A stretch of 56,135 nt of DNA, taken from positions 1 through 56,135 of the forward strand of contig CAZQUR010000007.1 of assembly GCA_964596535.1 (NCBI GenBank), written 5' to 3'. Both the position numbers and the translations under genes were made by a program. Shown here piece after piece: positions 10,237 through 18,259 of this stretch. The notes below the pieces were generated by a model. That model was not told where the DNA came from. It saw only the letters and a program-made list of their open reading frames with translations, and did no database searches. The stretch comes from an uncultured Desulfobacteraceae bacterium (GTDB lineage Bacteria; Desulfobacterota; Desulfobacteria; Desulfobacterales; UBA2156). Position 1 is the stretch's first letter. Each line of letters opens with the position of its first letter.

Positions 10237-10674
10237 GTGACAGACATCGTCATTCGCAAATTGCAGCCAGAGGACGCGGACGCCATCAGCCATATTTACG
10301 ACGCCATCACGCAAAAACCGGTGGAGATCGATTTCAGAAGGATCATCGCCCAGGACGCTCAAAGGGGGGAAGACGCCTGTTTCGCCGCTGAAATTGAAGG
10401 GCGCGTGGTGGGGTTTATGATCAGCTATGTGCTGAATCTGGGTTTCGGCATCGAAAAAAGCGCATGGATCGCCACGTTGGGGGTCAATCCCGAATATATG
10501 GGACAGGGGATCGGGGCCCGCCTGGCGGAAAGATTATTTCAATTTTACAAATCGGAAGGCATCGAGAACGTGTACACCTCGGTTCGCTGGGATTCCACGG
10601 ATCTGCTTTCCTTTTTCAAGACCCTCGGGTTCAATCGGAGCAACTTTATCAATCTTCGAAAAACCCTTGATTGA
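10237..10674 (+). CDS. GNAT N-acetyltransferase
   Basis: LGVNPEYMGQGIGARL acetyl-CoA-binding motif; FFKTLGF. Confidence 0.9.
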   Translation: MTDIVIRKLQPEDADAISHIYDAITQKPVEIDFRRIIAQDAQRGEDACFAAEIEGRVVGFMISYVLNLGFGIEKSAWIATLGVNPEYMGQGIGARLAERLFQFYKSEGIENVYTSVRWDSTDLLSFFKTLGFNRSNFINLRKTLD

Positions 10675-10799
10675 TGGCTTCGTAAAAAGGCCATCTGCGG
10701 CGTTGCGCGGCATTCTTCGTCATTGCGGCGTACCTGTAAAGTACGCCGCATTCCTCAAAAATTGCGCGCCTTGCACCTGGCGCTTTTTACTTTGCCATC
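10673..10799. repeat. Nested palindromic REP/MITE-like element
   Basis: Terminal inverted repeats GATGGC-ttc-GTAAAAAG / CTTTTTAC-ttt-GCCATC; central perfect 10-bp stem TGCGGCGTAC/GTACGCCGCA (10724-10750); lies between convergent genes. Confidence 0.7.
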
Positions 10800-10842
10800 C
10801 CAAATCTGCCTTTTTACGATCTTGTTTTGATTTAAGATCCTT

Positions 10843-13359
10843 TTAGAAAAGATCGTCGTCCTCCCCGAATCCCGGCATTTGACCGTATTTTTGAATGTAG
10901 CGTTGAATCCACTCGCTCTCCCGAAGCGAATACATTTTATCTTCCTCGAAGGTGAACCAGGCGGCGGATTTGTTTTCTGTCATGATGCGCCGCAGTGCGG
11001 CTCTCAAATCGGGTGTCCCCTGGATCGCCAGCACCCTTTTCTCTTCGTCCAGGATTTGAAAAACCCCTTCCGTTTCCGGAACCCTTGAAAGATTGTCCGG
11101 GGTAAGGGGCAGGAAAGGTTCGGGGGGAAGCGGGTTGCGTTTCAATGAAAGCCGGGCATCGCACCGGAGACAGCGGCCCGCCTCAGTTCGAGCCTGGGCA
11201 GGATCATAGCCCAGCACAACTTCTGAAAAATCGAACCGTGTTTTTCCGGGAGGGCTTTCCGGGACCGGAACCCGGGGCTTTCGCGCAAACCCGTCTTCCC
11301 GGCCGAACCGGGGATCCGGAACCTTCCGGGGAAAAGGCTTTTTATCGATCCGGCCGTCTCCCCCGAGAAATCGGTCAATGGCGCCGGCCGCCTTCCGTCC
11401 GTGGGCGACGGCATGGACCACGGAGCCGGAAACGGCTACGGCGTCTCCTCCGGCAAAAATGTGCGGCATTGGGGTTTCAAGGGTCTCTTCATTCACGGGT
11501 ATTCGCCCGTCCTTTCCGTCCCCGCGTATTTGTTCCGGCAAAACGGAAAAGTCGACGGTCTGTCCCGCGGCCAGAATGATCTGATCCGTTTCGACAACCC
11601 TTTTTCGTCCCCCGAACCGGAGGGAAAAATTTCCCTTCTCATCGAAGACGCGGGTGCAATTCACGATTTCCAGCCCCTTCACCCGTCCATGTTCACTCAA
11701 GATCCGCCCGGGTCCGGAGGACGGAAAAAGCTTCACCCCTTCCGCCGCCGCCCTTTCGACCTCCGTCCGGGTCGCCGGCATGTCCGCTTTGCTTTCAAGA
11801 CAGACAAGGGAAACCTTCTTGGCGCCGCAGCGAAGGGCCGTCCGGGCCGCGTCCACGCCCGTGTTCCCGCCGCCGATGACAAGAACATTTTCTTTCATTT
11901 GCATGTCTTTCCCCGCGGCCGTTTTTTTCAGAAAATCAATTCCCCGTAAGACGCCGGAAAGATTTCCGGCTTCAAGGAATATGTTTCGGCTTCGCTGGGT
12001 CCCGATCCCCAGGAAGACGGCGTCGAAACCCCTTTCCTCAAGGTCTTCCAAACGGATGTCTTTCCCCAGACGCATATGGGGCACGAACACGATGCCCATC
12101 GCAAAAATTTCGGCGATTTCCTTCTCAAGGACTGTCCGGGGAAGGCGATAGGCCGGAATCCCGTAGCGCAGCATCCCGCCGGGTTCCGGGGCGGCATCAA
12201 ACACCGTGACGGCATGTCCCTTTTTCCGGAGATAATAGGCCGCTGTCAGCCCGGCGGGCCCCGCCCCCACAACGGCCACGCGTTTGCCGGTGTCTTTTTT
12301 CAAGAATGTTTCCGGATCCCGATTCCCTTTTTCATGATCCACCGCGTAACGTTTCAAGGCACATATGGCCACGGGGGCGTTCACCTCTTTTCGGCGGCAT
12401 ACCGTTTCGCACGGCCGGCTACAGACCCGGCCCAACACTCCGGGAAGAGGCACCGTTTCCCGAATCACCGCACAGGCGACATCGATTTTTCCTTCGGCGA
12501 CTTGCCGCACATATTCCGGAACGTCCATTCCGACAGGGCAGGCGGATTTACAGGGCGCCAGGAGGTCCTTTGCCTTCTGGTCCGTTGCGATCTTGTCCGT
12601 CAAGGCCCCCGTGGGGCAGACTTCCACGCATGCAGTACAATATTTACATCCGGATGCTTCCAGCGTCGGTGCCACGGATCCCACCTGAATCCTGCCGTCA
12701 CCGTCATAAACGAAGCCCAGCGACCCGACTCCCCGGAGATCGCAACAAACCCGGACACAACGCAGGCATCCGATACATAAATTGTAGTCCCTTGTGAACA
12801 AGGGTCCTTCGGTAAGGACGGGCAAGGCGGTGGGAATCCATTTGGGCGTGGCATCGGGTATCCCGATGTCGTTTGCAATCTTCTGGAGTTCGCAGCGTCC
12901 GAACCGGTCACAGCACCGCTCGTTTTCCGGGACATGGGCGGAACACGGGATCCGGATGCATCCGTCCTGCTGGGCACAGGTCAGACAACTGTGGGGGTGC
13001 CGGGTCATGATGGGAATGAGATTTTCGCGTCGCTTCTCCCGTATCCGGTCGTTTTGCGTAACCACCACCATCCCGGCGCGCACTTTTGTGGTACACGCAC
13101 TCAACAAATCGGATTCCCCCGCCACTTCCACCACGCACAAGCCGCATCCTTTCCCGGCCCGATGGGGGCGTTTGTTTTCGATTCGTTCCTCTCCTTGATA
13201 AATCACCCGTGCAGGGGAGATCCCTTCGGCCGGGACAAGATCCGGGTGGCGGCACAGGACCGGAATATAGATCCCGGCGCGCTCGGCGGCTTCGAAGAGG
13301 GTGGTGCCCATGGGCACTTCAAGGGATCGCCCGTCGATAGTCACGCGAAACGGGGTCAT
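10843..13359 (-). CDS. bzdV: BzdV-like Fe-S flavoprotein (2Fe-2S + 4Fe-4S + GltD-like NAD(P)H/FAD module)
   Basis: N-terminal NuoG-like YIPVLC/CGLCVV; CIGCLRCVRVC and CKYCTACVEVCP; GltD-like PCKSACP, GRVCSRPCE, GAGPAG and GGGNTG; C-terminal extension VPETEGVFQILDE...RESEWIQRY. Start at ATGA overlap with bzdQ. Confidence 0.75.
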   Translation of the reverse strand: MTPFRVTIDGRSLEVPMGTTLFEAAERAGIYIPVLCRHPDLVPAEGISPARVIYQGEERIENKRPHRAGKGCGLCVVEVAGESDLLSACTTKVRAGMVVVTQNDRIREKRRENLIPIMTRHPHSCLTCAQQDGCIRIPCSAHVPENERCCDRFGRCELQKIANDIGIPDATPKWIPTALPVLTEGPLFTRDYNLCIGCLRCVRVCCDLRGVGSLGFVYDGDGRIQVGSVAPTLEASGCKYCTACVEVCPTGALTDKIATDQKAKDLLAPCKSACPVGMDVPEYVRQVAEGKIDVACAVIRETVPLPGVLGRVCSRPCETVCRRKEVNAPVAICALKRYAVDHEKGNRDPETFLKKDTGKRVAVVGAGPAGLTAAYYLRKKGHAVTVFDAAPEPGGMLRYGIPAYRLPRTVLEKEIAEIFAMGIVFVPHMRLGKDIRLEDLEERGFDAVFLGIGTQRSRNIFLEAGNLSGVLRGIDFLKKTAAGKDMQMKENVLVIGGGNTGVDAARTALRCGAKKVSLVCLESKADMPATRTEVERAAAEGVKLFPSSGPGRILSEHGRVKGLEIVNCTRVFDEKGNFSLRFGGRKRVVETDQIILAAGQTVDFSVLPEQIRGDGKDGRIPVNEETLETPMPHIFAGGDAVAVSGSVVHAVAHGRKAAGAIDRFLGGDGRIDKKPFPRKVPDPRFGREDGFARKPRVPVPESPPGKTRFDFSEVVLGYDPAQARTEAGRCLRCDARLSLKRNPLPPEPFLPLTPDNLSRVPETEGVFQILDEEKRVLAIQGTPDLRAALRRIMTENKSAAWFTFEEDKMYSLRESEWIQRYIQKYGQMPGFGEDDDLF

Positions 13360-14249
13360 CGCCGCTTGGCCTTTCCTTTCCGGCACAGGGTATGGGCAAA
13401 CAGGGCCGCGCCGGCGGCACCGGCGATCTGGGGATTCCATGAGGTCTTCATGTCCTCCATCCCGATCATCGCCACGAGCCGGTTGATGACACCGCGGTTT
13501 TTGGCCATGCCGCCGGTGACCGCCCATTGCGGTGTCACCCCCGCCCGCTCCAATACGGCATAAATCCGTTGGGCCATGCCCGTGCAATAAGCGGCCAGGA
13601 CCCGTTCCACGCACCATCCCTTCCGTAAGAGGCTCATGGCTTCCGACCGGGCATAGACAACACACTCGTTTGAAAGCGCCTCCGGTGCTTCCCCTTCGAA
13701 GCGGAAGCTTCGGTCCCCGATTTCGGTGACGGGAATTCCCAACAGATCCGCAAAGACTTCCATGCCCCTGCCGGTTCCGGCCGCGCACTTATCGTTCATG
13801 AGAAAGGTAACGACCTTGCCTTTTTCATCGCACCGAATGGCCTTGATATCCTGCCCCCCCACATCCAGCACGGTGCGCACATCCGGTCCATAGAGATAAT
13901 GGGCGCCCCGGGCATGGCAGGCGATTTCCGTGAGGGTCCGGTGGGCAAAGGGGATATTGACCCGGCCGTATCCGGTGCCGATGCAAAAGTCAAAGCGGTT
14001 CTCGGAAAGGTCCCCGGCCGCCTGAAGCGCGGATCGGTAGGCTTTCAGGGCGCTTCCGGCACCGTCCCATCCGGACCGCACGTTTCCGTAGGCCAGGATT
14101 TCGCCGTCGGCGAGGATGACCGCCTGGGCGCTCACCGATCCCACATCAATCCCCACGGTGACAAATTCGGCGTTTTTCCAGTCAATCTCCGGATTTCTCC
14201 AGTTCGACTCCGGCCACTGCCAAACGGTCTTGTTCCGTTGCCCATGCAT
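13356..14249 (-). CDS. bzdQ: Benzoyl-CoA reductase activase subunit, Bzd-type subunit Q
   Basis: N-terminal WQWPESNW, ASKHA GIDVGSVS, TGYGR, LDVGGQD, MNDKCAAGTGRGME and second Cys (ECVVYARSE). Confidence 0.85.
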   Translation of the reverse strand: MHGQRNKTVWQWPESNWRNPEIDWKNAEFVTVGIDVGSVSAQAVILADGEILAYGNVRSGWDGAGSALKAYRSALQAAGDLSENRFDFCIGTGYGRVNIPFAHRTLTEIACHARGAHYLYGPDVRTVLDVGGQDIKAIRCDEKGKVVTFLMNDKCAAGTGRGMEVFADLLGIPVTEIGDRSFRFEGEAPEALSNECVVYARSEAMSLLRKGWCVERVLAAYCTGMAQRIYAVLERAGVTPQWAVTGGMAKNRGVINRLVAMIGMEDMKTSWNPQIAGAAGAALFAHTLCRKGKAKRR

Positions 14250-14265
14250 GATCAATGCCCCGCGA

Positions 14266-15051
14266 TCACTCCCATGCGCGTTTTTCCGCCGCGAAAACCG
14301 CCGCGCCCACGGCGGCGCCAAACTCCGGAGCGTCCGGAATGCGAATCGTTTCCGTTTTCAATTCGTGTTTCAGGGCATGGACAAGCCCCGGATTGTACGC
14401 AACCCCTCCGATCATCATCACTTCCGGGAGGACCCCGATCCTCCGGATCATGGAGGCGATCCGGCCGGCCATGGCATCATAAACCGCCCGGATGATGTCG
14501 GACCCGGGTGTGCCGGCGTGGATCAGACCCACCACTTCGGATTCGGCGAAAATCACGCACTGGGCGTTCAAAGGGATCTTTTTCCCGGATTCAAAAAAAA
14601 GACGCCCCGCCACCTCCATGGAAACATCCAGGATCCGGGCAATGGTTTCGATGAAGATACCGGCACCCGCCGCACATCGTTCATTCACGACAAAATCGAC
14701 GGGTTTCCCGTTTTCATCCAACCGCGCCGCACGGCCTTCCTCGGCCCCCACATCGATCACGGTCCGAACATCCGGGAAGGCATGCCGGGCCGCGCCGGCC
14801 ATGGCCTGACTCGTGTCGACCTTGAGATCCGCATTGGACAGCACATCCACCCCGGAACCGGTTCCCGCAATTCGTCCGATTTCCTCCCGCCGGATGCCGG
14901 CGGCATTCAGGGCGGCCTCCAGGGATTTCTCCGCCGCCTTTTTCAGGTCGAAGCCGGTGATTCCCATTCCTTTCCCAAGAATCTTTTTGTCTTTCACGAC
15001 AACGGTTTTGGTGTATTTTGCACCACAATCAATCCCTGCCGTGATCCCCAT
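14266..15051 (-). CDS. bzdP: Benzoyl-CoA reductase activase subunit, Bzd-type subunit P
   Basis: GIDCGAKYTK, DVGAEEGRA, NERCAAGAG and LNAQCVIFAESEVV motifs. Confidence 0.82.
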   Translation of the reverse strand: MGITAGIDCGAKYTKTVVVKDKKILGKGMGITGFDLKKAAEKSLEAALNAAGIRREEIGRIAGTGSGVDVLSNADLKVDTSQAMAGAARHAFPDVRTVIDVGAEEGRAARLDENGKPVDFVVNERCAAGAGIFIETIARILDVSMEVAGRLFFESGKKIPLNAQCVIFAESEVVGLIHAGTPGSDIIRAVYDAMAGRIASMIRRIGVLPEVMMIGGVAYNPGLVHALKHELKTETIRIPDAPEFGAAVGAAVFAAEKRAWE

Positions 15052-15607
15052 CCCATCCTCCTTTGCTCACGGCATCCATCATGGCAAGGACGTACGCCGG
15101 GCGCCGGCCCTCCGCCCATTGGGGATACCCTCCGCGCCAGACGTACGCCGCGAGCGCTTTGAACACCCGGGGATCAAAATGATATCCGCCGATGGAAACG
15201 GTGCTGTCCGGGCAATGTTTCCGGAAAGGGATACTGCACGCTTCCGCCCATCTCCGGATCTCGGCGGTGACCTCTTCCCGGATGAAGCATCCCTTGGGCT
15301 TCTGTTTGAAATCTTCGGGTCTTTCGGGAAAGGGGCAACGGCGGTAGAGGTTTCCGATGAAACCGGATAACCGGATGCCGTGGATGGCGCCCATGAGGTC
15401 CCCCATGTGTTCCGGTTCCGTGAAATGAAATCCGGACAATTCCGCTTCGAAAGGCGCGCCTTTGGGACATGCCGCCATGCGCGAGACGACACTGGAAAAA
15501 TCGTCTGCAAAGAAAAAGAGCTCCTGCAAACAGAGCATGTCGGTTTCGATATGAAAAAAACCGAATGCCACGGTACCGTGGCTGAGGGATTCAAATGCCA
15601 GCGGCAC
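15029..15607 (-). CDS. Hypothetical protein
   Basis: GTG start 2 nt after the upstream stop; MPLAFESLSHGTVAFGFFHIETDML...YVWRGGYPQW; its end overlaps the bzdP start. Confidence 0.7.
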   Translation of the reverse strand: MPLAFESLSHGTVAFGFFHIETDMLCLQELFFFADDFSSVVSRMAACPKGAPFEAELSGFHFTEPEHMGDLMGAIHGIRLSGFIGNLYRRCPFPERPEDFKQKPKGCFIREEVTAEIRRWAEACSIPFRKHCPDSTVSIGGYHFDPRVFKALAAYVWRGGYPQWAEGRRPAYVLAMMDAVSKGGWDGDHGRD

Positions 15608-15609
15608 GA

Positions 15610-16134
15610 TTATTCTTCCGTTCGGTCGGTCAAAAAAAACCGCCACTTGCAAAACATGTCTTTCGGATGGGGATCCGGAGGGGCGAAAAGGCACTCCACC
15701 TGAATCCGTTCATCCACCACTTGGGCGAAGTTGGCGAATTCACCCCGGTGCATTTCCTTGCACACAAATTCGTCGAGTCCTCTTTTCAGGCGGGCTTCCT
15801 GGGTGGGGCACGAGGGAACGGAAATCGTTGCCGAATCGGCATCTTTTTCAATGCGGTAACCCACCAGGATGCACCAGGGGAAGTATTGCAATGCCCGGAC
15901 GAACCCGTCAATCCCCTTTTCCCGGATATCGAAACGCCGGATCAGGTCCTTGGCCGCCATGGCCGACACCCGGCTCCAGACCTGCTCGTTGATCCGTTCC
16001 GCCGTGGGCTGGTCGAACCGCTCCCCCACGTAAATGAACCAAAAGGCATCCATCACCCGATAATGCCAGAGCAGAAATTCAATGTATTTCATCAGCTCGG
16101 ACCGTTCCATTTTCTCGAAGATTGACAGCTCCAC
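15610..16134 (-). CDS. DUF6125-like (V4R/ATC-hydrolase-like) protein
   Basis: GGAAAGGAGG RBS + GTG; [23 protein letters not shown] and [18 protein letters not shown] pattern. Confidence 0.7.
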   Translation of the reverse strand: MELSIFEKMERSELMKYIEFLLWHYRVMDAFWFIYVGERFDQPTAERINEQVWSRVSAMAAKDLIRRFDIREKGIDGFVRALQYFPWCILVGYRIEKDADSATISVPSCPTQEARLKRGLDEFVCKEMHRGEFANFAQVVDERIQVECLFAPPDPHPKDMFCKWRFFLTDRTEE

Positions 16135-16350
16135 GGGGCCTCCTTTCCGGTGTTTTCCTTGTTGAAAACGGTTTTTTAATGCCTTCATTTTATCTTAATC
16201 CATGCCACAAACGAAAGGTCAAGAAAAGGGTTTTCCCCGGGATTGTATTTACAGGCGGTTTTCGATACATTCCCAACCATGATGGAGGGGAAAATTTCGG
16301 TTTTTTACGATTCCATCAACCTTGATATCATTTAGTATAGGATCGGATCC

Positions 16351-17316
16351 GTGATGGAAGAAAATCTAAAAACAGCGGACGCCGTGCTCAAGGGGGATGT
16401 TCGTGCGGCGGCGCGCCTTTTGCGGGAAATCGAAGACCCTTCTCCGGCGGTCCGGGAAATTATTAAAATCCTTTTCCCCCACACGGGAAAGGCCGGTGTG
16501 GTGGGCATCACGGGACCCCCGGGCGCCGGCAAATCGACCCTGGTGGACCGCCTCATCGTAACCCTGCGGAACAAGGGCATGTCCGTGGGGGTCCTGGCGG
16601 TGGACCCCACGAGTCCCCTCTCGGGAGGGGCCATCCTGGGCGACCGCATCCGGATGCAGCGCCATGCAACGGATCCGGGGGTTTTCATCCGAAGCGTGGC
16701 CAGCCGCGGCCATGTGGGAGGGCTTTCCCATTCCGTGTACGACATGGTGCTGGTACTCGATGCCATGGGAAAGGACGTCATCCTTGTGGAGACCGTCGGT
16801 GTGGGTCAGGATGCGGTGGAAATCGCGCAACTGGCGCACACCAACGTCCTCGTATTGGCCCCTGGAATGGGAGACGGCATCCAGGCCATTAAGGCCGGAA
16901 TCCTGGAAACGGCGGCCATCGTAGTGGTGAACAAGGCCGATCTGGAGACCGCGGATCAGACAACAGGGGACATCAAGGCCCTCTTTTCGGTGGGAAATCG
17001 ATCGAAAACGGAATGGCAGCCGCTTGTCCTGAAAACCCAGGCCGCCCGGAACATCGGGATCGACGCCCTGGCCGATGCCATCTTTTCACATCAGGCGTAT
17101 TTAAAGGCCCACCCGGAAACAAACGTCCGGTTGAAAGGACTCAAGGCCGCTTTTTTGCACGCCCTCCAGCAAGAGTTGCTGGAGGAAGGCATGCGGCGAT
17201 TGGAGCAGGAGGGTATCCTGGACACCCTTTTTGATGCTCTCGAAAAGAAACGGATGGATCCATTCTCGGCCGTCCGGCAGGCCGTCGATGCCCTTTTTAT
17301 TCTAAAAAAAGGATAG
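16351..17316 (+). CDS. meaB: MeaB/ArgK GTPase (B12-mutase chaperone)
   Basis: GITGPPGAGKST, AVDPTSPLSGGAILGDRIRM, VETVGVGQ and NKAD motifs. Confidence 0.93.
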   Translation: MMEENLKTADAVLKGDVRAAARLLREIEDPSPAVREIIKILFPHTGKAGVVGITGPPGAGKSTLVDRLIVTLRNKGMSVGVLAVDPTSPLSGGAILGDRIRMQRHATDPGVFIRSVASRGHVGGLSHSVYDMVLVLDAMGKDVILVETVGVGQDAVEIAQLAHTNVLVLAPGMGDGIQAIKAGILETAAIVVVNKADLETADQTTGDIKALFSVGNRSKTEWQPLVLKTQAARNIGIDALADAIFSHQAYLKAHPETNVRLKGLKAAFLHALQQELLEEGMRRLEQEGILDTLFDALEKKRMDPFSAVRQAVDALFILKKG

Positions 17317-17337
17317 ATCCCGAAAAGGGGTTCCGCT

Positions 17338-17916
17338 TTAAAGAGTCCCCTTCAGATCGATGGACTCGGCCACGGTCCGCATCCCGAGGATGGTTTCCGT
17401 GATGAGTTCCGTCAGGTCCATGTCCAAAAGCTGTGCACCCTTTTCGATCACTTCCCGGTTCACGCCGGCGGCAAAGCGTTTATCCTTCCATTTTTTCTTC
17501 ACCGACTTGGCGGTGAGATCCATCACGCTTTTGGAAGGCCGCACCAGGGCGGAAGTCACCACCAGCCCGGTCAACTCATCCACCGCATACAGCACCTTTT
17601 CCAGGAGGCTCCTGGGTTCCACATCGGTGCAAAGCCCCCACCCGTGGCTCACCACGGCCCGGATGTATTCGTCGGGCCAGCCGGCCTCTCTCAGAAGTTC
17701 CTCGGTTTTCCGGCAATGTTGATCCGGGAACCGCTCGTAGTCCAGATCATGCACCAGGCCGATGACGCCCCATTTCTCCTCATCCTCCCCGAATTTTCTG
17801 GCGAAATGGCGCATGACCCCTTCCACGGCCAGGGCATGTTTGATCAGGCTTTCGCTTTGATTGTATTCCAACAAGAGATCATAGGCCTCCTGCCGGCTCG
17901 GAATTTTGTCGTTCAT
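17338..17916 (-). CDS. HD-domain hydrolase (HDIG-like)
   Basis: KHALAVE, HDLDYE, SHG, DELTGL and FAAGVNRE motifs; GGAG RBS. Confidence 0.88.
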   Translation of the reverse strand: MNDKIPSRQEAYDLLLEYNQSESLIKHALAVEGVMRHFARKFGEDEEKWGVIGLVHDLDYERFPDQHCRKTEELLREAGWPDEYIRAVVSHGWGLCTDVEPRSLLEKVLYAVDELTGLVVTSALVRPSKSVMDLTAKSVKKKWKDKRFAAGVNREVIEKGAQLLDMDLTELITETILGMRTVAESIDLKGTL

Positions 17917-18005
17917 TTTTTCCCTCCTGAAAATCTTTCCATTGACGGGCTGAAGATGCATGCAAATCCTTATCACCCGTCCATTGAGGGTGTCAATTTC
18001 CGTGT

Positions 18006-18033
18006 TTGCAACTTTTTCCGGATTGTGTAACAT
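18006..18033 (+). promoter_or_regulatory. Candidate sigma70 promoter for the structured leader / cydAB
   Basis: TTGCAA-16 nt-TAACAT, ending ~8 nt before the start of the conserved element. Confidence 0.4.
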
Positions 18034-18041
18034 ATCGCGCA

Positions 18042-18216
18042 ACAGATCGGCTCGGTTTGAAGCCTCCCCGCTGCTCCGATAGGCGGGAGTTCCGCTTCGC
18101 TTCAACCCGTGAAGCACTGCCGTCAGGCACTACCTGCGGGGAATGCGCTTGCTGTTGCGGTTCACGGAACCTGGCAGGCGCGTCCTTTTGAAAGGACAGC
18201 CTGGTGCCCTTTTTTT
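18042..18216. ncRNA. Unassigned structured non-coding element, copy 1
   Basis: Core 18067-18167 is ~85% identical by hand alignment to 41515-41614; several hairpins; ends in a GTCCTT/AAGGAC stem and a T7 tract. Confidence 0.55.
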
Positions 18217-18259
18217 GATGATGCAATGATCGATCGATGCACCTGAACGAGGTGATATC

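Noticed and set aside
13360-13788. N-terminal extension of the 981-aa ORF 10843..13788
   Set aside because: It lies inside bzdQ; the ATGA-coupled start at 13359 begins the 2Fe-2S domain.
18006-18191. Cys-rich peptide (TREALP.G.TCGECA.CCGSR) readable in both copies of the repeated element
   Set aside because: Three differences are synonymous, but a 1-nt indel breaks the frame within the conserved core and copy 2 has no standard start codon. A non-coding explanation fits better, though the peptide is not fully excluded.
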